A stretch of 64,000 nucleotides of DNA from Dehalococcoidia bacterium (GTDB lineage: Bacteria > Chloroflexota > Dehalococcoidia > UBA6926). Made by a program: the position numbers and the translations under genes. The notes under the pieces were generated by a model. The model did no database searches. It was not told where the DNA came from and saw nothing but the letters and a program-made list of their open reading frames with translations. Shown in pieces: positions 1-9,949 of this stretch; position 1 is the stretch's first letter; each line of letters opens with the position of its first letter. The stretch is taken from positions 288,001-352,000 of the forward strand of contig CAXXET010000004.1 of assembly GCA_963666115.2 (NCBI GenBank), written 5' to 3'.

Positions 1-1
1 G

Positions 2-1243
2 CTGCACTATTTCGGCGCGGCCTCGCTGTTCACCATACCGGCGAGCCTGCTGGGGACAGCGGCCTTGCCCGCCGTCCTGCTCACGTCCGCGGCGACAGGC
101 ATCGTGGGCGTGTTTGCGGGCGGGGCGCTTGCATCCTTGATCGCGTGGGTGGCATGGCCGTTCCTCACATTCCTGGTTGGGCTGTCTTCACTGTTCTCGG
201 CACCCGCGTTCGCCGCGATCACCATCGCGCCGCTGAGCATGGAGGCGGTGATCGTGATCTACCTCGTCATGGGCGGCCTGTTCCTCATACCAATAGCGAG
301 GAGTCCCTCCGGGCTGCTGGGTCCGGTCGTGTCCCTGCCGAGCATCGGGATGCCAAGCGGACGGCGGCTGCTGACCTCGTGGCCGGTCATCGGCGGACTG
401 GCGCTTATGACGGCGACAGCCGGAATTGGCGCGGCGGCTCCCTACATCGGCGATAGAGAGCAGTTGACGGTTCACGTGCTGGACGTGGGACAGGGCGACT
501 CCATCCTGGTTGAATCACCGACGGGCCGGCGCGTTCTCATCGACGGGGGGCCGGATGGGGCATTGCTGCAACGTCGGTTGGCAGAGCAGCTGCCGTGGTG
601 GTCGCGGCGCATCGACGTCGTAATCCTGACGCATCCGAGCGCGGACCACCTGATCGGCCTGACGGAAACCCTGCGACGCTACGACGTGGGATTCGTGGTC
701 GATCCGCAACTGGAATCAGGCACGGTTTACGGTCGGCAATGGGCGGAGGCGTTGCGAGAACGCGGGGATTTGACCGTCGCGCGGGCGGAGCAAGGCATGG
801 AGCTTGACCTGGGGGGAGGGGCGCTCCTGGAGATACTGCACCCGCCGTCCGAGCGGCCATTCGACACCGCCGCCGAGCACGATGACAATTCCGTCGTTGC
901 AAAACTGTCCTATGGGGAGGTGTCATTCCTGTTTGCGGCTGACATCTACGGGCCCGGCGAGGAGTTTTTGCTGGGTTCCGGGGTGGACGTCAACGCGACA
1001 GTCCTAAAGGTCGCGCACCAGGGGAGCCGCTATTCATCGAGCATGGAGTTCCTGGAGGCGGTATCGCCGCGCATCGCGATCATCACCGCGGGCAGGGACA
1101 ACAGGTTCGGGCATCCGCATCCGGAAACGCTAGAACGGTTGGAGTCGCTGCGGCCTGCGCCTGCGGTTCTTCGGACTGATGTGCATGGGACGGTGACGGT
1201 GGTGACGGATGGGCGGGGGGTGGCGTGGGAGGGCTCAGGGTGA
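2..1243 (+). CDS. comEC: ComEC/Rec2 DNA-uptake competence protein (5'-truncated by window edge)
   Basis: Frame open from position 2; TM helices followed by metallo-beta-lactamase domain motifs LDVGQGDS, LIDGG, LTHPSADH, LKVAHQGS, NRFGHPH. Confidence 0.9.
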   Translation: MHYFGAASLFTIPASLLGTAALPAVLLTSAATGIVGVFAGGALASLIAWVAWPFLTFLVGLSSLFSAPAFAAITIAPLSMEAVIVIYLVMGGLFLIPIARSPSGLLGPVVSLPSIGMPSGRRLLTSWPVIGGLALMTATAGIGAAAPYIGDREQLTVHVLDVGQGDSILVESPTGRRVLIDGGPDGALLQRRLAEQLPWWSRRIDVVILTHPSADHLIGLTETLRRYDVGFVVDPQLESGTVYGRQWAEALRERGDLTVARAEQGMELDLGGGALLEILHPPSERPFDTAAEHDDNSVVAKLSYGEVSFLFAADIYGPGEEFLLGSGVDVNATVLKVAHQGSRYSSSMEFLEAVSPRIAIITAGRDNRFGHPHPETLERLESLRPAPAVLRTDVHGTVTVVTDGRGVAWEGSG

Positions 1244-1286
1244 ACGACGACCGCGCCCCCCCATGTATACTCACCTCAGAGGCGCC

Positions 1287-2084
1287 ATGATTACGCGAGT
1301 ATCTTTGCTGGCCATCGTTGTAGCCGTGCTGGTTGCCGGTTGCTCTCTTGTGGAGAGCGATACGCCTACGCCTACTCCTTCACCGCCCTCTCCGACGCCA
1401 GACCCGTCCACACTATGGGGATCTGTTGATGGTAATGTAAGTACCGGAATTCACGATTCGGCTTGGTACGCTCCGCCAGTATTGATCGGCCAAATATACT
1501 ATGCAGATGTTATAGTGCGGGCAAGATTCGAATCGGCTAAAGCAACAACCGAAAAGGCCGTAACCAGGGCAAACTCCAGCAATTACAGCTGGCTGAACGA
1601 GGGAGTGATCAGATATCATCCGAAGCTCGAGTTGACGTTTAATGTCATCGAAACTCTAAAGGGGACGAGCGGACAGCAAATCACCGTCACCGTCTATGGC
1701 GATTACTGGCACGGTACTGCGGCCGTGGCTCAAGACTGGGCAGACGAAATGCTTTCCCACAGGGATTCGCGATGGGATAATCGCGAGGCAATTCTATTCG
1801 TAGAACAGCTTTCAGCGCGGGACGAGTTCAACGTGACCGGAGCAACGGGCGTAAACACCTTCAATCGCACCAGCCATCTGGAGTCACGGTTGAATTACAT
1901 GGTTGATTCCGATTCAGAAGTAAGCGGGGCCGAATTCTCAGTTTCACCAGGTTGGCATCCGGTTATAGACGCAAGCGCGGCTGCCGGCACTCAATCCGGC
2001 ACTCCCGGATCATATATGCTGTCGGAGTACGGAGGAACTTGGTCGAGTTTTACGGTCGCTGACATCCTCGCAGAGCTTGAATAG
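1287..2084 (+). CDS. Hypothetical lipoprotein, paralog A
   Basis: Lipobox LVAGC, PT-rich linker, lower GC; ATG preceded by GTATACT...AGAGGCGCC shared with paralogs B and C. Confidence 0.8.
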   Translation: MITRVSLLAIVVAVLVAGCSLVESDTPTPTPSPPSPTPDPSTLWGSVDGNVSTGIHDSAWYAPPVLIGQIYYADVIVRARFESAKATTEKAVTRANSSNYSWLNEGVIRYHPKLELTFNVIETLKGTSGQQITVTVYGDYWHGTAAVAQDWADEMLSHRDSRWDNREAILFVEQLSARDEFNVTGATGVNTFNRTSHLESRLNYMVDSDSEVSGAEFSVSPGWHPVIDASAAAGTQSGTPGSYMLSEYGGTWSSFTVADILAELE

Positions 2085-2092
2085 TTGGGCTA

Positions 2093-2304
2093 GATTCTTC
2101 GCTGCGCTCCGGATAACAGACCCGATGGATTCCGGCTTTCGCCGGAATGAGGGGGGGTAGGCCCCCGCCTGCGCGGGGGATTCGGAGGAGGGGTGCCCTT
2201 CGACTGCGCTCAGGGTGAGCGGAGGGGGGCGTTACGGGGCTTGGTTGGCACTATGAGATTCAGATTCCCGCTTTCGCGGGAATGACGGAGGGGGACGGAA
2301 ATGA
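2093..2304 (+). repeat. Composite cluster of palindromic repeats (family A variant 2093-2117; family B 2128-2150, 2161-2179 variant, 2263-2286; family C 2196-2222)
   Basis: GATTCTTCGCTGCGCTC, GATTCCGGCTTTCGCCGGAATGA, CCCTTCGACTGCGCTCAGGGTGAG and GATTCCCGCTTTCGCGGGAATGAC stacked in one intergenic region. Confidence 0.85.
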
Positions 2305-2346
2305 TGAGGCGGGGGCGCCTCCGCGTATACTGATTTTAGAGGCGTC

Positions 2347-3135
2347 ATGATGATACGAGTATCCTTGCTGGCCATTGTCGCAGCCGTGCTGGTTGCCGGT
2401 TGCTCTCTTGTGGAGAGCGATACGCCTACGCCTACTCCCCCGCCGCCCTCTCCGACGCCAGACCCGTCCACACTATGGGGATCTGTTGATGGTAATGTAA
2501 GTGTCGGAATTCACGATTCGTCCTGGTACGGTCCGCCAGTATTGTTCAGCCAAGTATACGATGCAGATGTTATAGTGCGCGCAAGATTTAGTTCGGCCAA
2601 GGCAAGTGTCGAAAAGATCGTAGGCACGATAAGCAACTCACACAGATACAAAGGGTTGAAGGTGGGAGACATCAGATATCATCCAAAGCTCGAGTTGACA
2701 TTCAACGTCATTGAGTATTTCAAGGGGTCAGGTGGACAGCAGATCACGGTGACCGTCTATAACGATTATTGGGTCGGAACTGAGGCCATAGCTCAAAGCC
2801 GGGCGGACGGAATGCTTTCCGGCAGAGATACCCGATGGGATGATCGGGAGGCGATTCTGTTCGTGGATCAGGCGTTGCGTTATCACAGAATGACCGGAGC
2901 AGAGAACGTAAACACCTTCGTTCGGCATAGTCATCTGGAGTCACGGTTGAACTACATGGCGGGTTCAGATTCGAAGCTGAGCGAGGCTGAATTCTCAGTT
3001 TCACCGGGTTGGCATCCGACTACAGACGCAGCTGCTGCCAAGTGGTCCCTGACTCCCGGACGATATACGTTGTCGGCTAACGAAGGAGATTCGACGAGCT
3101 TTACGATCGCAGACATCCTCGCAGAGCTTGAATAG
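2347..3135 (+). CDS. Hypothetical lipoprotein, paralog B
   Basis: Lipobox LVAGC; N-terminus and C-terminal ADILAELE nearly identical to paralog A. Confidence 0.8.
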   Translation: MMIRVSLLAIVAAVLVAGCSLVESDTPTPTPPPPSPTPDPSTLWGSVDGNVSVGIHDSSWYGPPVLFSQVYDADVIVRARFSSAKASVEKIVGTISNSHRYKGLKVGDIRYHPKLELTFNVIEYFKGSGGQQITVTVYNDYWVGTEAIAQSRADGMLSGRDTRWDDREAILFVDQALRYHRMTGAENVNTFVRHSHLESRLNYMAGSDSKLSEAEFSVSPGWHPTTDAAAAKWSLTPGRYTLSANEGDSTSFTIADILAELE

Positions 3136-3143
3136 TTGGGCTA

Positions 3144-3224
3144 GATTCTTCGCTGCGCTCAGAATGACAGCCCCCTCCGCTCACAATGACAGCCCTCCCC
3201 GTTCACCCTGAGCCTGTCGAAGGG
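3144..3224. repeat. Family A palindrome (3144-3168), partial copy, and inverted family C copy (3201-3224)
   Basis: GATTCTTCGCTGCGCTCAGAATGAC; CGCTCACAATGAC; GTTCACCCTGAGCCTGTCGAAGGG. Confidence 0.85.
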
Positions 3225-3278
3225 TGGACCCCCCGTCCCCTTGCTATACTAAGGCGAGGGGTGGATTAAGGAGCTTTT

Positions 3279-4562
3279 ATGTCGCTGGTGTCGCAGGCTG
3301 ATTCGTTGGGGCGGGGTGAGTCTTTGTTGTTGCGGGCTGATCCTGAGGTTTTTGCTGCTATTGAGGGGGAGGAGGCCCGGCAGAGGGATTCGATCATTCT
3401 CATTGCGTCTGAGAATTACACTAGCCGGGCGGTTATGGAGGCGCAGGGGTCTGCGCTCACGGAGAAGTATGCGGAGGGGTATCCCGGGCGACGGTATTAC
3501 GCGGGGTGCGAGTTCGCGGACGTTGTGGAGGACCTGGCACGGGAGCGGCTCAAGGAGCTTTTTGGGGTAGAGCACGCGAACGTGCAGCCCCACAGCGGCG
3601 TGCAGGCCAACATGGCGGCGTACTTCGCGTTCGTGAAGCCGGGGGACACCATTCTCGGCATGAGGCTTGACCAGGGCGGGCATCTGTCGCACGGCAGCCC
3701 CGTCAGCTTCTCCGGCCAGTACTACCAATTCGTCTCCTACGGGGTGGACCGCGAGACGGAGATGATCGACTACGACGAAGTGGAGTCGCTGGCGCGGGAG
3801 CACCGCCCCAAGATCATCGTGGCCGGCGCAAGCTCCTATCCGCGCACTATCGATTTCGCCAACCTGCGGCAGGTCGCCGATTCCATCGACGCGCTGTTGA
3901 TGGTGGACATGGCGCACTACGCGGGGCTGATCGCGGGCGGCGTCTACCCGGACCCCGCCCCCTACGCGGACATCATGACGTCCACCACGCAGAAGACGCT
4001 GCGGGGGCCGCGCGGGGCGTTCATCCTGAGCAAGCAGGAGCACGCCGCCGCCATCGACCGCTCCGTGTTTCCCGGGGCGCAGGGCGGGCCGATGATGCAC
4101 ACCATCGCGGCGAAGGCCGTGTGCTTCGGGGAGGCGCTGAAACCGTCGTTCCGCTCCTACCAGGAGCAGGTCCTGGCCAATGCGCGGGCAATGGCAACGG
4201 AGATGGCGGCGGACGGACTGCGAATCGTCTCAGGCGGCACGGACTGCCACCTGTACCTGGTGGACGTGACCACGCTTGGCACAACAGGCAAGGCGGCGGC
4301 AGACCTTTTGGAATCGGTGGGCGTCATCACGAATCCGAATGCGATCCCGTTCGATGAGCTTCCGCCGCGCGTGGGCAGCGGCGTCAGGATTGGCACGCCG
4401 GCGATTACGAGCCGCAATTTTGATGAGGATGACGCGCGCGCCGTTGCGCGGCTGATCACGCGCGTTCTCAGGAGCCCGGAGGATGAGGCCGTCCTTGAAT
4501 CGGCGCGCGCGGAGGTCGCGGAGTTGACGGGGGCGCATCCGATACCCCAACTCTTTGACTGA
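3279..4562 (+). CDS. glyA: Serine hydroxymethyltransferase
   Basis: [44 protein letters not shown] motifs; AAGGAG RBS. Confidence 0.97.
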   Translation: MSLVSQADSLGRGESLLLRADPEVFAAIEGEEARQRDSIILIASENYTSRAVMEAQGSALTEKYAEGYPGRRYYAGCEFADVVEDLARERLKELFGVEHANVQPHSGVQANMAAYFAFVKPGDTILGMRLDQGGHLSHGSPVSFSGQYYQFVSYGVDRETEMIDYDEVESLAREHRPKIIVAGASSYPRTIDFANLRQVADSIDALLMVDMAHYAGLIAGGVYPDPAPYADIMTSTTQKTLRGPRGAFILSKQEHAAAIDRSVFPGAQGGPMMHTIAAKAVCFGEALKPSFRSYQEQVLANARAMATEMAADGLRIVSGGTDCHLYLVDVTTLGTTGKAAADLLESVGVITNPNAIPFDELPPRVGSGVRIGTPAITSRNFDEDDARAVARLITRVLRSPEDEAVLESARAEVAELTGAHPIPQLFD

Positions 4563-4608
4563 GCCGTCTTGTATACTTCACTAGCGAAAAGCATTAAAGG
4601 GAGGCTGA

Positions 4609-4941
4609 GTGAGTCGATACGAATTGATGGTCATCGTGGATCCTGAAATCCAGGACGAGGAGTTGAACGGGGCGGTGGACCGGATCAAGCAGGTCATTGC
4701 GGACCGGGGCGGGTCGGACGAGGCGACCGAGGTCCAGGGGCGCCGGCGGCTTGCGTATCCAATCAAGGCAAAGACGGACGGAACGATGGTGGTTTCGCGC
4801 TTCGAGATGGCGGGCGACGCCGTTGGGGCGCTCACCACGACGCTCCGCGCCAACGAAAACCTCCTGCGGTCCTTCGTAACCCGCGTCCGGCCCAAACGCG
4901 TCCAAGCCAAGCCCAAGAAGGAAGAGAGCGCCGCGTCATGA
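4609..4941 (+). CDS. rpsF: 30S ribosomal protein S6
   Basis: RYELMVIVDP, GRRRLAYPI motifs; rpsF-ssb-rpsR synteny. Confidence 0.95.
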   Translation: MSRYELMVIVDPEIQDEELNGAVDRIKQVIADRGGSDEATEVQGRRRLAYPIKAKTDGTMVVSRFEMAGDAVGALTTTLRANENLLRSFVTRVRPKRVQAKPKKEESAAS

Positions 4942-5354
4942 CTTTGAACAGGATGACGGCTATCGGCAATCTCGGAAGTGATCCGGAGATGCGGTACACG
5001 CCGAACGGGAATCCGGTAACGACGTTCAACGTCGCGGTCAACCGCGTGTACAACACCAGTGACGGCGAGCGTCACGAGGAGACGGAGTGGTTCCGCGTGG
5101 TTGCGTGGAATCAACTCGCCGAGCGCTGCAACCAATATCTCAGCAAGGGCCAGAAGGTCTACGTGGACGGCCGCCTGCGCACGGATCGCTGGGAGGGACG
5201 CGACGGAACGCCGCGAACGACTATCGAAATCGTCGCGCAGAACGTTGTGTTTATGAGCAGGCCCGGGGAGGGCGGCGGCGGGATGCCGCGTGAAGGGGAT
5301 TATCCCGGCGAGGCGTTCGGCGGGGGCGGGCCGGAGGACGACCTGCCCTTCTAG
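4938..5354 (+). CDS. ssb: Single-stranded DNA-binding protein
   Basis: LNRMTAIGNLGSDPEMRYTPNG; C-terminal DDLPF. Confidence 0.97.
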   Translation: MTLNRMTAIGNLGSDPEMRYTPNGNPVTTFNVAVNRVYNTSDGERHEETEWFRVVAWNQLAERCNQYLSKGQKVYVDGRLRTDRWEGRDGTPRTTIEIVAQNVVFMSRPGEGGGGMPREGDYPGEAFGGGGPEDDLPF

Positions 5355-5423
5355 GAGCGCGCTCATCGCCCTGCCCTATGAAAGCCGTGTAGACTTAACG
5401 GCAATCAGCCTTGGAGGAAATGA

Positions 5424-5828
5424 ATGACGACAGATTCGCCCGCCCCGCCTGAGTCAACCGGCGCGCCCGCCGCGCCGCCACCGAGGCCGGCGTCGGACAG
5501 GCCGCCGGGGGGCGGACGCCCGCCGGGGGACAGGCCGGGCGGGGGGCGCCGCGAGGGCGGCCGACGCGAGGGCGGCGGCGGTCGTCGTTTCTACCCGCGC
5601 CGGCGCGTGTGCCTGTTCTGCGCCGACAAGGACGCGGTGATGGACTTCAAGCAGCCGGAGACGCTGCGGCGGTTCATCTCTGAGCGCGCGCGGATTGAGC
5701 CGCGCCGCAAGACAAGCACGTGCTCCCGTTGCCAGCGGGCGCTGGCGCGGGAAATCAAGCGCGCGCGGCAAGCCGGACTGATACCGTTCACGACGGATAC
5801 CCTCCACGATATGCCGTCCTCGCGCTGA
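5424..5828 (+). CDS. rpsR: 30S ribosomal protein S18 with Pro/Gly/Arg-rich N-terminal extension
   Basis: RRRVCLFC, LRRFISERARIEPRR, AREIKRARQAGLIPF. Confidence 0.93.
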   Translation: MTTDSPAPPESTGAPAAPPPRPASDRPPGGGRPPGDRPGGGRREGGRREGGGGRRFYPRRRVCLFCADKDAVMDFKQPETLRRFISERARIEPRRKTSTCSRCQRALAREIKRARQAGLIPFTTDTLHDMPSSR

Positions 5829-5840
5829 GCGGCACAACGA

Positions 5841-6941
5841 ATGACCCAGCAGGACCAGAGCGCCAGCGAACAAGCCGCGTCGCCGAGCGTCGTTGGAGGA
5901 CACCGGCGCGAAACGGAGCGCCGCCGCCGGTACCGCTTCACGCGGATTCTCTCCATGGCGGGCCTCCTGCTCTTGATCACCGCCCTCGTGATTCCGGCCA
6001 CAGGGTACTTTGTGGTCTTCGTCCAGCCGCACCGCGAAACCGCGCTCGTGATCAATGACACGCGCTACACGTGGGGCGAGTACCTGACGCGGTTGAAGAT
6101 GATCATCGCGGAGGCGCAGGCGATCGGCACGTGGGCGCCGGACTCCCTGAACAACCTGATATTCGACATGGTGAACGACCTGGAACGCCGCGAAATCGTC
6201 AAGCAGTACGCGCCGCTGGAGAGCGTGGCGGTGAGCGAGACGGAGATCGACAACGAGATGAAGGCGCGGATTCTTGGCGTCTCCAACATAGACAACCCGG
6301 ACATACCGGAATCCGAGTACCGCGAACGGCTGCGGCTGCGGCTCGAAATCCTGCAGGTTTCGGAGGACTTCTTCCGGGAGATCGCCCGGGAACAGGCTCT
6401 TATGAACAAGCTGGAGGCGCTGCTGAAGGAGGATATCCCGGCCAAGCTGGAGCAGCGGCACCTGTACGAGATTCGCTTCGACAGCTCGGACACCGATCTG
6501 ATTGACGCGCGGGCGGCGATTGACCGCTACGACGCCGGCGAGTCGTTCCAAGACCTTGCCCGTGAGCTGTCGGACGACGACGCCACGGCTGCCCAGGGCG
6601 GAGACCTCGGGTGGGTACCGCGCGGCATCAAGGACGAATACGACAGCGTCCTGGCGGAACTGCCCGCCGGGGACGTGTCCGGCCCCGTCGTTACCTCCAC
6701 GGGCGTTTCGGTCTTCTATGCCGAAGGGGAGTTGGAGCTGCGCGACGTGCGCGAAGACCACATAAAGCCGCTCCAGGATAAAGCCCTACAGTCGTGGATC
6801 GCGGGGCACCGCGCAGACCTGGTGGCAGTCGGCGCGCTCAGCCGTCCGGCGGGCGGCATGAGCTCGGAGAGGTACAGTTGGGTGCTCACCCAGTTGCGGC
6901 AGGACCGCGAGTTGTTCCCAACGAGGAGCGCGAGTGAGTAA
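5841..6941 (+). CDS. Membrane-anchored SurA/PrsA-like peptidyl-prolyl isomerase
   Basis: N-terminal TM helix; parvulin motif FQDLARELSDD..AAQGGDLGWVPRG. Confidence 0.85.
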   Translation: MTQQDQSASEQAASPSVVGGHRRETERRRRYRFTRILSMAGLLLLITALVIPATGYFVVFVQPHRETALVINDTRYTWGEYLTRLKMIIAEAQAIGTWAPDSLNNLIFDMVNDLERREIVKQYAPLESVAVSETEIDNEMKARILGVSNIDNPDIPESEYRERLRLRLEILQVSEDFFREIAREQALMNKLEALLKEDIPAKLEQRHLYEIRFDSSDTDLIDARAAIDRYDAGESFQDLARELSDDDATAAQGGDLGWVPRGIKDEYDSVLAELPAGDVSGPVVTSTGVSVFYAEGELELRDVREDHIKPLQDKALQSWIAGHRADLVAVGALSRPAGGMSSERYSWVLTQLRQDRELFPTRSASE

Positions 6942-8256
6942 GGGGGCGGCGGGCCCCACTGAACGGGGATACATCGGCGTCGGACTGCTCGGCATGGGTG
7001 TCGTGGGAACGGGCGTCGCGGAGGCCCTTTCGACAGAAGGCTCATTCCTTGAGGAGTCTGTCGGACTCCCGCTGACGCTGCAAGGGATACTGGTGCGCGA
7101 TGCTACACGCAGCCGCTCTTCCGTGGTGGATGCGGCCCTGATCACGACCGAGGCCAAAGACGTCCTTGAGAACCCGGACGTCGATATTGTCATCGAGCTA
7201 ATGGGCGGGGAGGATGCCGCCCTGCCCGCCATCCGCGGCGCGCTCGCGGCAGGCCGCTCCGTTGTCACGGGGAACAAGGAAGTCATGGCCAAGCACGGCG
7301 CGGGCCTGTTGGGGATGGCGCGGGCCAAGGGGGCGAGCCTCAAGTTCGAGGCGGCGGTGGGGGGCGCAATCCCGGTCATCTCCGCGTTGGAACGGGGGCT
7401 GACGGGGGCGCGGGTTCGCGCGCTGCGGGCAATCATCAACGGCACGACGAATTACATCCTGACGCGCATGGCCGTCGACGGCATCGCCTTTGACGATGCT
7501 CTTGCGGACGCGCAGGCGCGGGGGTACGCGGAGGCAGACCCCGGCAACGACATCAGCGGCGCCGACGCCGCCTACAAGCTGGCAGTGCTCGCCACGCTCG
7601 CCTATGGGTCGCCCGTGCTGCCGGAGTCCATCCATTGCGAAGGAATCGGCGGCCTGGCGCCCCGGGATTTCCGTTACGCGCAAGAACTCGGCTACGCCAT
7701 CAAGCTGCTCGCCGTCGCAAAGGAGATCGACGACGGTGAACTGGACGCGCGGGTGCATCCGGCATTCATCGACTCAGACGCGCAGTTGGCGAAGATCGAC
7801 GGCGTGTATAACGCAGTTCAGTTCGACAGCGACTCGGCGGGAGAACTGCTCCTGTCAGGACGAGGCGCGGGGGCCGGGCCGACCACCAGCGCCGTTCTCA
7901 GCGACCTCATCGAGGTTGCGCGGGGATTGATGGCGCGGAGCGAGCCGGGGCCGCGGGAGGCATTGAGCGCAGGGCGCCGCGTGCGCCCCATCGATGAGCT
8001 GGATTTTCGTTATTATTTGCGAATGACCGTGGCGGATCAGCCGGGCGTCCTGGCGGCAATTGCGCGCATCCTGGGTGACGCATCCATTAGCATTGCCTCC
8101 GTGATCCAGCAGGAGGTCGATGAAACGGCCGGCTCCGCCGAGATCGTCATCACGACGCACCGCGCCCGGGAATCCGCGCTGCGGAGCGCGACGGGCAACC
8201 TGACGGCGCTGGACGTGGTGCGGGAGATCGGCAGCATCATCCGCGTTGAGGAATAG
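6934..8256 (+). CDS. hom: Homoserine dehydrogenase with C-terminal ACT domain
   Basis: GLLGMGVVGTG, VVTGNK, FEAAVGGAIP, INGTTNYIL, GYAEADP. Confidence 0.96.
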   Translation: MSKGAAGPTERGYIGVGLLGMGVVGTGVAEALSTEGSFLEESVGLPLTLQGILVRDATRSRSSVVDAALITTEAKDVLENPDVDIVIELMGGEDAALPAIRGALAAGRSVVTGNKEVMAKHGAGLLGMARAKGASLKFEAAVGGAIPVISALERGLTGARVRALRAIINGTTNYILTRMAVDGIAFDDALADAQARGYAEADPGNDISGADAAYKLAVLATLAYGSPVLPESIHCEGIGGLAPRDFRYAQELGYAIKLLAVAKEIDDGELDARVHPAFIDSDAQLAKIDGVYNAVQFDSDSAGELLLSGRGAGAGPTTSAVLSDLIEVARGLMARSEPGPREALSAGRRVRPIDELDFRYYLRMTVADQPGVLAAIARILGDASISIASVIQQEVDETAGSAEIVITTHRARESALRSATGNLTALDVVREIGSIIRVEE

Positions 8257-8269
8257 CGGGGGCTTTGGG

Positions 8270-9319
8270 ATGGGCGTGCTCGAACGATACGGCCACCTGA
8301 TCGGGGCAGTCACGGATTCCACGCCGCAGATCACGCTGGGCGAGGGCAGCACGCCGCTGATCCGCTCCCGCCGCCTTGAGTCGCAACTGGGCGTCGGGGA
8401 ACTGTATTTCAAGCTGGAGGGGATGAACCCCACAGGCTCGTTCAAAGACCGGGGCATGGTTGTGGCAGTGGCGAAGGCGCTGGAGGACGGCTGCACAAGC
8501 GTCATCTGCGCCTCAACGGGCAATACCAGCGCGTCCGCGTCGGCGTATGGCTCGGCGTGCGGGCTGGAGAGCATCGTCGTGGTGCCCAAGGGCAACATCG
8601 CGGCGGGCAAGCTGGCGCAGGCGTCGATGTACGGCGCGCGGGTCATCGCCATCTCCGGGTTGTTTGACGACGCGCTGGACATCGTGCGCTCGTTCGCCGG
8701 GCCGGGCCCGATCAAACTCGTGAACTCGGTCAATCCCGACCGGATCGAGGGGCAGAAGACAGCGTCGTTTGAGATAGTCGATGATCTCGGCGATGCGCCG
8801 GACGACCTCTTCATCCCCGTGGGCAACGCGGGGAATATCACGGCCTACTGGAAGGGGTTTACGGAATACCACGAGGCGGGCAACGCGACCCGCCTGCCGC
8901 GGATGATGGGATTCCAGGCGGCCGGCGCAGCCCCCATCGTGCTCGGCCATCCCGTGGAGGAGCCGGACACGGTGGCGTCCGCTATCCGCATCGGCCGCCC
9001 GGCGAGCTGGGACAAGGCGGTGGCGGCGCGCGATGAGTCCGGCGGGCTGATCGACAGCGTGACGGACGAGCAGATCATGGACGCGTACTCGCTGCTGGCC
9101 GGACAGGAAGGCATCTTTGGCGAACCGGCGTCCGCCGCGTCCGTTGCGGGGCTGGCAAAATACGCCGCGGCGCGCCCGGAGATGCAAGACCGCCGCGTCG
9201 TCTGCATCATCACCGGCAACGGCCTCAAAGACCCGGACAGCGCCGCCCAGCAGGTGCTCAACGTTGAGGAGGCCCCGGCAGACCTCGCGGAGGTGCGGCG
9301 CCTGCTCGGCACCAACTGA
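8270..9319 (+). CDS. thrC: Threonine synthase
   Basis: EGMNPTGSFKDRGM, CASTGNTSASA, PVGNAGNITAYWKG. Confidence 0.96.
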   Translation: MGVLERYGHLIGAVTDSTPQITLGEGSTPLIRSRRLESQLGVGELYFKLEGMNPTGSFKDRGMVVAVAKALEDGCTSVICASTGNTSASASAYGSACGLESIVVVPKGNIAAGKLAQASMYGARVIAISGLFDDALDIVRSFAGPGPIKLVNSVNPDRIEGQKTASFEIVDDLGDAPDDLFIPVGNAGNITAYWKGFTEYHEAGNATRLPRMMGFQAAGAAPIVLGHPVEEPDTVASAIRIGRPASWDKAVAARDESGGLIDSVTDEQIMDAYSLLAGQEGIFGEPASAASVAGLAKYAAARPEMQDRRVVCIITGNGLKDPDSAAQQVLNVEEAPADLAEVRRLLGTN

Positions 9320-9376
9320 CATGCGGCGGGTGCGCTACACTACTGGAAAGCAAGTGGAGCTGCGAACTATTCCCGG

Positions 9377-9949
9377 ATGATTGATCAAGAGCGTATCGTC
9401 CGCGCCGTCGAGGAGATTCTTCGCGCGATTGGAGAGGATCCAAGGCGTGACGGGCTCGACAGGACGCCTGCGCGCGTGGCGGCGATGTACGCCGAACTCT
9501 TCTCGGGCATCGACCAGGACCCGCGCGACTTCCTGACGGTGTCCTATGACGAGGGGGCGCGCGACATGGTGACCGTCACGGACATCCCGTTCGCGGCCAT
9601 CTGCGAGCACCATCTCCTGCCCTTCTTCGGTTCGGTTCACGTGGCATACGTGCCGTCGGGGCGCGTCGTCGGCATCAGCAAGCTGGCAAGGGCCATCGAG
9701 TGCCTGTCGCGTCGACCGCAGATGCAGGAGCGAATTACGAACCAGGCCGCAGACCTGTTGACCGAGGCGCTCGAACCGCAAGGGATTGCCGTTCGCGTGG
9801 AGGCGGAGCACCTGTGCATGACGATTCGCGGCGTGCGGGCGGCAGGGAGCCGGGTCATCACGACAGCGTTTCGCGGGGTGTTCAAGGATGACCCGGCGGC
9901 GCGGGCAGAGTTCCTGTCCCTCACGTCGTCCACGGGGGCAGGCTCATGA
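9377..9949 (+). CDS. folE: GTP cyclohydrolase I
   Basis: TPARVA, CEHHLLPF, GISKLAR, RPQMQERIT, HLCMTIRG. Confidence 0.96.
   Translation: MIDQERIVRAVEEILRAIGEDPRRDGLDRTPARVAAMYAELFSGIDQDPRDFLTVSYDEGARDMVTVTDIPFAAICEHHLLPFFGSVHVAYVPSGRVVGISKLARAIECLSRRPQMQERITNQAADLLTEALEPQGIAVRVEAEHLCMTIRGVRAAGSRVITTAFRGVFKDDPAARAEFLSLTSSTGAGS

Noticed and set aside
1287-3135. Lipoprotein paralogs as DGR targets or integron cassettes
   Set aside because: No reverse transcriptase, template repeat, integron integrase or recognisable attC; variation does not appear adenine-restricted
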